Of a stretch of 64,000 nucleotides of DNA, positions 55,865-64,000 are shown piece after piece. Source of the DNA: Welwitschia mirabilis (lineage: Eukaryota). Every line of letters starts with the position of its first letter. Positions within the stretch are counted from its first letter, which is position 1. The position numbers and the translations under genes were made by a program. Below the pieces are notes generated by a model. That model saw nothing but the letters and a program-made list of their open reading frames with translations, did no database searches and was not told the DNA's origin. The DNA is taken from NCBI GenBank assembly GCA_051453625.1, contig JBOZIK010000001.1:48401235-48465234 (forward strand), written 5' to 3'.

Positions 55865-58800
55865 CCTAGATTACATCAAAGGTTTATAAATTTTCCAAAG
55901 ATCAGGGGTTTTGTAAAGATATCAGCTAGTTGGTACTTAGTGGTTATGAAATTCATAGAAATATTGTCTTTTTCAACTTGATCTCTAACAAAATGATGGC
56001 TAAGTTCGATATGTTTAGCATAAGAATGCCAAATAGGATTTTTTGATATATTAATTACACTATTGTTATCACAAAAATGGGTACCTAATCATAGTTAATC
56101 TTAAAATCCTTGAGCATTTCCTTCATGTACATAAAATGGGTACAACAACTTCCTGCTACTATATATCCTGCTTTTGCTATGGAAAGAGAAATAGAATTTT
56201 GTTTCTTACTTGCCTGTCCTACCAAACATGATCTAAGAAAGAAGCAATTTCCACTTGTGCCTTTTTGGTTGTCCTTGCATCTGACCCAATTTGCATCACT
56301 AAATTCTACAAGTGCTAAATATATTCCTTTGGGATAACATGTCCCATAATCACTAGTATCTTTTATATGTCTTATGATTATTTTGACAGCTTAGAGGTGA
56401 GAATCCTTGGGGTTTACTTAATATCTACAACACGCAGCCACACTAAACATTATATTAAGTCTAATAATTGTTAAATATAATAAGATTTCTATTATGCTCT
56501 TATAGAATTTTTGATCGATTGATTTCTCGTGATCATTAAGACTAATTTTACATGATGTTGACATAAGCGTGGTGGTTGATTTTGCATTCTTAAGCCCAAA
56601 TCGCTTTACCAACTTCTTATCATACTTTGATTGAGAAATGAAAGTGCCTTAATTAGTTTGTCTAATTTGAAACCTCAGGAACATACTTGCTTCTTCTAGC
56701 ATATTCATCTCAAAATGAGTTATCATGATGTTAGACAACTCTTTTGAGAGTTCCTCCTTTGAAGCCCCAAAAATTATATTATTAATATAAATCTAAATAA
56801 TAATAAAGTCTTGCCTAGTTTTCTTGAAAAAGATATTTTTATTTACAGCTCCCTGGTTATAACCACTATCCTCAAAAAAAGTTGTTAATTTTTCATACCA
56901 TGCCATATGGGCCTATTTCATCTATATAAGGCCTTTTTGAGTCTATAGACATGGTTTGGTTTATGAGAATCTGTGAAATCTCTTGGTTGTTCCACATATA
57001 CCTCTTAATTGAAAATACCATTCAAGAAAACACTGTTTATATCCATTTGGAAAACTTTAATGTTTTTAAAGATTGCAAATGAAAGAAACATTAGATTGCT
57101 ATCTAGTCTAGCTATGGGAGAAAATGTGTATCCTACATCAATCCTGTCAATCTGATTGTAATATTGAGCAACTAATCTTGCCTTGTTTTTAATCCTATTA
57201 TTATGTTCATCAAATTTATTCTTAAAACCCCAATTTGTTTTAATCACATTTTGATTCTTAAGTCTTTCCACTAACTTCCAAACATCATTTCTTTTAAATT
57301 GTTATAACTCCTCTTGCATTATCATCATTCACTCCTCATGACCTTCAGCCTCTTCATATTTCTTAGGTTCAACTTGAGATAAATAGCAAATGTGAGCACA
57401 AAAATTTTTCATAGAATTTCTAGCGTGCATCCTTGAGTTCGCTTCTCCAATAACTAATAAAGAGGGTAATATTTTAGTTCTTTGAAATGCTTGGGAGTTG
57501 ATTCTTGTGTTGTGTCATTTTCCTTTCTATGTGTAACTTCCTTGTTGGTTGTGATATTTTGAGAGAGATCTTCTTCATCACTTGTAGGAATAAGTTTGGG
57601 ACTGTTGTCATCAATTTGGACATTTATGGATTCTTCCATTATTAAACTTCATTTGTTGAAGACCCTATAAGCTCTACTTCTCATTGAGTATCCAAGAAAA
57701 CTTACTTCATCTACCTGAGACTTGAATTTGCTTAAATATCCTCTATCTTTCAAAATAAAGTACTTACTTCCAAAGACTTTAAAATAAGACATATTTGGTT
57801 TTTTCCTTTCCATAGCTCATAGGGAGTTTTATCCATGCTAGGTTTTAAATATACTTTATTAATAATATAACATGCATTGCTTATTGTTTTAGTCCAAAAG
57901 GTTTTGGGTACCTCCTTATCATTTAGCATTGTTCTTGCCAGTTCTTAAACGACTCTGTTTTTCCTTTTTATTAACCCATTTTGTTGTGAGGTTTTTGGCA
58001 CTAAAAACTCATGTTCTATTCAATTTTCCACACAATATTTTTCAAAAATATGGTTTTTAAATTCTCCTCCATGATCACTTCTAATTTGTTTAATAGTGTA
58101 CCCCTTTTTCATTTTGAATTTGATTGCAGATTTCAACACATCTTTTGAAAGCTTCAACCTTGTTTCCTAAGAAAGCAATTCAAGTGAACTTAGAGTAGTC
58201 ATCCACCATTGTCAAAAAAATATCTTTTTCCTGCTAGGCTTTTAGTTTGATAAGGATCTACCAAGTCCATATGAATAAGTTCAAGGGCATTGTTGTGGAG
58301 ATTAAGTTTTTACTTTTATGGGAGGTCCTTATTTGTTTTCCTTTTTAGCATGAATTACATAACGCATGTTTACTAATATGGATGTTAAAAATCCTTCTTA
58401 TGATTTTCTTTTTAATGATGGTCTTAAGTTGATCATAGTTGACATGACCTAAATATTGGTGTCATAACTCTTCTTGATTTACATGTGAAAAATGACAGAC
58501 AGAAGAGGGTTGATCAATACTATAAACATTGTCTATTATATTTGCTTTAATAAGAACCTCATTTGTTCTACCATGTCTAACCTCACATTTTTTACAATAA
58601 AAAATAACTCTATAAACTTTTAAACAAATTTGAGTAATACTAAGCAAATTACATTTAAGACTATTTACATATAAAACTTCATTAATTTTAGGCATGTTAC
58701 CTCTACCAATGCTTCCAATGCCTTCAATTTTTTCCTTTCTGTCATCACTGAATGTCACTTTTCATCCATCAAAATCGTCAAAGTATTAGAATCTTGATTT

Positions 58801-60495
58801 GTTACTTGTCATATGGTGAGAGCACCCACTATCCAAGCACCAACAAATTCTACTGCTAGCTTTGAAAGCTGTTTGAATCAATAAGCTTTTCAAATTATTC
58901 GCCCTTATCCACTCAGTCCTTTTGAACTATTTTGGTATAGAAATTTTAGGAATAAATTTTAAAGACAAAATGACTTGAAAAAAGCATAACCTCCCATTTG
59001 CAAAATGATTTTGAGTGACCTAATTTTTCATAAAAATGAAAGGTAATTTATGAAATGAAATTGTTATTTTTCCATGTTACTTAATCAGAAGAAGTGGTAG
59101 TTTTGAGGAAGTGAATCCAATACCTCTTTTGTCATGGACCGATTTTCTTATTTTAAGCATCTATTCCAATTTACTAGAACTATTAGAAAATTTACTTATA
59201 AAATGAGACAAACTTTTAACCTCTTGAATTAGCTCCACATTATCCATTTAAATTTTTGTATAGTTGGCCTTCAAGACTTCCTTTTCCTTGTTTAGAGACT
59301 TTATTAATTTGTTTAGGTTGTTTATTTGTTTAGCTAGCTTTTTACATTCTGAATATAGCTCTTCACAGGTGTCTTCGAATTCTCCTTCTCCTTCCCCTAT
59401 GATATCTAAATCATCTAGTTTGGTTGAACAAGGCACCTTATTTAAGGGAGGAACTGTTGTCATGAAAGAAAGTCTTCTATCTCCCTCTTACTTTTGACTA
59501 AACCTTTTGTCTTCTTCCTCATCTACATTATCCCAAGTAGCAATAAAAGATGGTTTTTTGGATTTTCTTTAATCCGTTTTGTTATTAGGACACTCATTTG
59601 TAACATGTTTATATCGTTTACAGGCATAGCACTAGATCTCCTTTGCTTTCTCTTGATCTCTCCTTAGCTCGGATTGATCCCTTCTAGATCCCTTGCTTGA
59701 TTCCCCATCTTTTTTTTTCCTATGCAAGAATTTTTTTGAATCTTCTTACTAGCAATGAAACCTCATCCTTATCAAAGTCATCATCTAATCTTTTAAATTT
59801 GGCTTCCTCTTGCACACTTTTCAATGTAAGATTTTTTTTTTTTATCTTTAAGAAACTTTAGTTCATAAGTTTGAAGATTACATTACAGTTCATCTAGGGC
59901 CATCTAGTTAATGTTCTTACTTTTTCAATGACAGTGATCTTTGGCTCAAAATGCTTTGGAAGGAATCTTAGGACATTTCTTACCACTTTTGCTTCATCCA
60001 TCTTTTCTCCTAGGCTTGTCGTTGAGTTCACTATATCTGTCAGTCTGGCAAAATACTTTTGAAGTGTTTCTTCCTCCTTCATACGAATGTCTTCGAACTT
60101 GAAGATGAGCATCTACAAGTTTGCCTATTTTACGGTACATGTACCTTCATGAGATATTTCAAGAATGTCCCATGCTTCTTTGATAGATTCATAATTTACA
60201 ATCTTCTTAAATTCTTCTATACAAGCTGCACAAAAAATAGCATTAAGAGCATGGGCATCTAGAGTTGTCTTAGCCTTATTAATAGGAGTTCTCTCAGTTT
60301 CACAATGGTCTTCGTGTTTCCACTACTATCCGTTTTGGTCATCGTAGGTTGTTCATATCCATTGTAAATAAACTCTTCTATGTCAACATTAAGGGACCTA
60401 AGGAAAATTATCACGCCCTTTTTCGAATAAGCATAGTTTGTTCTATGAAACAGTAGTGGTATTCCAGTAAAGAATCCATCTAAAGGGTTACTCAT
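55865..60495 (-). pseudogene. copia gag-pol of element B
   Basis: Gag (ORFs 60259..60495 and 59894..60112); WCLDSGCSHHM ~58810-58843; integrase RSDHGGEF ~58060-58085; RT KNKARLVAQ...FQMDINSVFLNG (ORF 57005..57271); RNase H QLADIFTKP ~55905-55932. Confidence 0.93.
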
Positions 60496-60546
60496 GGCTA
60501 GGGTTATAAGTCAACATCTATTAGAATCTACTACTAACTCAACTTA

Positions 60547-60558
60547 TCTTTGATACCA
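60547..60558 (-). promoter_or_regulatory. PBS (tRNA-iMet)
   Basis: tctttgatacca is a decayed reverse complement of TGGTATCAGAGC. Confidence 0.85.
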
Positions 60559-60560
60559 GA

Positions 60561-62191
60561 TGAAGGGTTTACAAACCCTTAAGAGGGGTGTTTTGGGAGG
60601 CGTGGGGGAAGGGTTGGTGTGTTAATAGGTTTTGCAAAACAAAATTACACTTATAAACATTCACATGAAAATAACAATATATATGAAAAAGAGACAAGAT
60701 AATATCAAATGAATTTTAATGAATAAAAGCACAAGAAAATAATTGAAATGAAAATACCTAAGAAGTGTATCAAACAAACGATTTATGGTGGTTTGGAAAA
60801 AATCACTACTCCACTCTTGGCTATTAGCTTTAATCCAAAGTTGATTCAAATCCTTATTGCTTTCTTTCCAAGGTTCTAGGTCAACTTGTNNNNNNNNNNN
60901 NNNNNNNNNNNNNNNNNNNNNNNNNNNNNNNNNNNNNNNNNNNNNNNNNNNNNNNNNNNNNNNNNNNNNNNNNNNNNNNNNNNNNNNNNNNNNNNNNNNN
61001 NNNNNNNNNNNNNNNNNNNNNNNNNNNNNNNNNNNNNNNNNNNNNNNNNNNNNNNNNNNNNNNNNNNNNNNNNNNNNNNNNNNNNNNNNNNNNNNNNNNN
61101 NNNNNNNNNNNNNNNNNNNNNNNNNNNNNNNNNNNNNNNNNNNNNNNNNNNNNNNNNNNNNNNNNNNNNNNNNNNNNNNNNNNNNNNNNNNNNNNNNNNN
61201 NNNNNNNNNNNNNNNNNNNNNNNNNNNNNNNNNNNNNNNNNNNNNNNNNNNNNNNNNNNNNNNNNNNNNNNNNNNNNNNNNNNNNNNNNNNNNNNNNNNN
61301 NNNNNNNNNNNNNNNTTAATCCAAAGTTGATTCAAATCCTTATTGCTTTCTTTCCAAGTTTCTAGGTCAACTTGTAACTTTTACAAGTGGACTTTTGAGG
61401 CTCAGTCTCAACCTTTACAGAGCAAAGCTTTTGTTGAGGATAGTATGCCTGAATGCATTAGATTCACCATATCTAGAGTACATCGAAGATGGAATACACT
61501 GCTAGAAAAGAAGTTCACAAGTGTAGGCTCATATAGTACAGCAGATTCTTTTTGACTAATGAATATCAACAATACTAATCTAGTTTCCTTTTTGAAAACA
61601 ACTGGTATCAAAGATTTCTATTCTTTTGGCTTAAATAGGAGAAAAAGTTTTACATTAAAAAATAAATCTGACACTTCAATGACTAGGTCTGACAAAATTA
61701 ATTGCTAGAAAATATTCTAAGAAGTTTCGTTTCTGTTATGACCAGTCAATCCCTCGAAATGTCTGGTCAACCTGATTGTTTGCTGATACTGAAATCAGTC
61801 GACCCCATTTTCTTTTGGTCGATCCGATTGTCTTACATGACATGGTCTGGTCGACCTCATCCATCATCCAGTCAACCACCTTTGTCTAGGTCCAGTTAAT
61901 CCCTTATAGAGTCTAGTCGGCCTCACTTAATTTTTAACAGTTTTCTTTATCCTAGGTCTGGTCGACCCCTCATGGAATCCATTCACCCACTTTTGTTCAA
62001 GTCTAATCAACCCCTTATAGAGCTTGGTTGACCCCTCATCAATTTTGATAGTTTTCTGGGGACGAGTGAGATTTGGGGAAAATATTGATTTACTTCTAAC
62101 CTACAAAACTTTATTAACCTGAAATATGTGCAACATTATAAGCTATACCAAGTATGTTAGTTTGACATCAATTTGGCAATATAACTTAATA
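60561..62191 (-). repeat. 5' LTR of element B (inflated by a gap)
   Basis: Colinear with the 3' LTR; carries a GTCGAC palindrome cluster at about 61740-62035. Confidence 0.9.
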
Positions 62192-63499
62192 CTATTTGTT
62201 CCACTTTGACTCTTCCTATAAGATGACACTAATATTCACCTTAAAGTTGATCAACATTTTCACGAAGTAACATTTTGCCCAAAGTGTTTTTAGTACTCTT
62301 AGATACCTTAAATCTAGTGGAGTCTACCTTTTGGGCTTTTGGAGTTTATGGGAATTACTTATTTTTTAAATAGTATGAGATCTAAAATATTTGAGTTATG
62401 CTTTTTTTGCATTTTTTAAAAACCTACACAACTATCCTGAAACAAATCATAATAGGTGATATATGACTAATGATGCCTTAATTCTCTAGCCTAGCAAAAT
62501 GTCCCTTTATAAAGATTAGGAAGATTTTTTTCATCCTATAAAAAAAAAATCCTAGTTAACTAAAATTTTTTGGAACGTTGTCCATCAAAACAAAACTTTT
62601 TCCTAATTAACTAAAAATTTCTTAGGAGGTCGCCCATTGCAATATTGCTTTACTACTAGCATCCTTAATTATGGATTTCTTCTTAGCCTTATACCATTTT
62701 TGTTATTAGTGTAGTTATGTTAGATACATAAAACATGCTTGAGGAATCATGCTTTCAGCTTCACCCTTACCTTGAGAAACCCAAATTTGGCCTCCAAAAA
62801 CTTCATCTATGACCATAGGTGAAGTGTGTCTATTGCAACTTCATTAAATGTTTTTTAAGAATGAATTTTGTTAAGCTCCTTAATCTTAAGTTTCTTTAAT
62901 TCCTAGCTTCTTCAGTGGTTAATCCTAGATGTCATAGCAGTCGTTCCTCTGATACTACATTAGTTGAAGGTGATATTAGTTAATCTAATCAATAAAAAGT
63001 TGAGGGAAAAGAGAATTATTGAAAAGCAACTAGAGATACTTATCAGTCAAGCAAAATGCAAACCAAATGTGGTTGAAACAAGGTAAGATACAACTACAAC
63101 GATGAAATATTTGAGAAGAAGTTTTCAATTCTGTTTCTAAGCAATTACAAAAAGTTGTTAAGTAGAAATTGATAGAAAAACTATGGGGAGATGTGAGAGG
63201 GGAAAAATATTATTTGAATCACATAAAAGGTAGTTTGGCTGCAAAAAAACACCTATCTACATGATTCAATCCATTTGCAGGTGAGGCATTTGTAGGACTG
63301 GAATGGGCTCTCACTATTTTAAAGTTGAAACAAGGACATTGTTGCAAATTGCTTGAGAGTAGTAAGTAGTTCCTTCATTGGATCCAATTTGCCCACTTGT
63401 GTCAACTTTGCATGCAAAATAGCATTGAAGATAAACATATTTTTCTGAAATGCTCCAAAACATCTTCCACTAGATAAAAATGCGGTATTAGGGTCCAAT

Positions 63500-63610
63500 C
63501 CTTAGTCCAACTTTTCTAATTGCCATTACATACTTTGGGTCATTACTTTGATGAAAATTTCCATTACCATGTCATGTACATTTTTTAGGTTTAATAGATC
63601 CAATAACAAT
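63500..63610 (-). pseudogene. copia RNase H C-terminus
   Basis: VHDMVMEIFIKVM...LEKLD*, compare DMxADIFTKxL...LG; followed on the minus strand by a PPT-like agtggaaga. Confidence 0.5.
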
Positions 63611-64000
63611 GTAATAAACTTTCAACTTCAGTTTCAAAAATGGGAATAAACAATGCGAACTCAAACATGCATAAATCAATTTGCTTGAAAAAGCACAATG
63701 ATGCATTTCAAATAACTTGTACAATAAACTAGAGGACAACAAGGCATGTAAAAGGGGGTTAGGAAAAAAAACATATGGGAAGAGAGAAAGAGAGTGATAT
63801 ATGCGCATGCAAAAAGTGTAAAAGCAATCATGCTAAAGAATCATCGCAAGTGCACACAAGAAAGAATACAACAGTTTAAGAATGATGCTATGCACTTGCA
63901 TCCTGGTTTCGAGAGTTTTTTCCTTTTGTAATAATCTTCTTGCTTCTCATGCCATTAAAACCCTTTTCACCAACAAGTTGGTGCCCTCTTCTACTTTTGC

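Larger units (their letters stand above)
52818..62191 (-). mobile_element. full-length Sirevirus-like Ty1/copia element B with env-like ORF
   Basis: LTRs 52818-53936 and 60561-62191. TSD ccatt (52813-52817) / ctatt (62192-62196). PBS at 60547-60558. PPTs near 53937-53950 and 54318-54330. Gag-PR-IN-RT-RH motifs in copia order. Confidence 0.93.
48300..63462 (-). mobile_element. old copia element C, host of Sirevirus B
   Basis: RT IHQLDVKITF (~48365-48395) and ORF 48480..48743 (TWKVVDL); IFVG motif ~49325; integrase LVHSD (~51175-51190) and HYSVTFRDDY; PBS-like ctctgatacta at 62947-62957; LTR-like segment about 62961-63462. Confidence 0.65.

Noticed and set aside
60829-61376. 60-bp repeat around the gap in the 5' LTR of element B
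   Set aside because: The 3' LTR has a single copy and no extra sequence, so the gap is most likely spurious.
1-64000. CRISPR arrays, tRNA/rRNA genes, prokaryotic operons
   Set aside because: None seen. tRNA-like matches are only retrotransposon primer binding sites.

Overview
Very AT-rich, strongly CpG-depleted eukaryotic (land-plant-like) DNA from a gapped draft assembly. I found no intact host gene. The window is a nested graveyard of decayed retrotransposons: an Athila-like Ty3/gypsy 5' end (1-5379, minus) inserted into the 3' LTR of a Sirevirus-like copia (5380-13516, minus); a small non-autonomous LTR element flanked by a 41-bp direct repeat (16108-18852); a fossil copia (about 21900-24560, plus); a deleted Athila-like element with paired 1.35-kb LTRs and a TCTAT TSD (25542-31964); a fossil gypsy pol (about 32650-35900, minus); an RTE/RTEX-like LINE (about 36400-38800, plus); and a full-length Sirevirus with an env-like ORF (52818-62191, minus) nested in an older copia. 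The most unusual item is a decayed minus-strand retroelement accessory ORF (about 46290-47520) with its own TATA box. It joins an env-like/'plant transposon protein' domain, through a low-complexity linker, to a DnaJ J-domain. All protein calls come from manual translation and motif recognition; no database searches were run.
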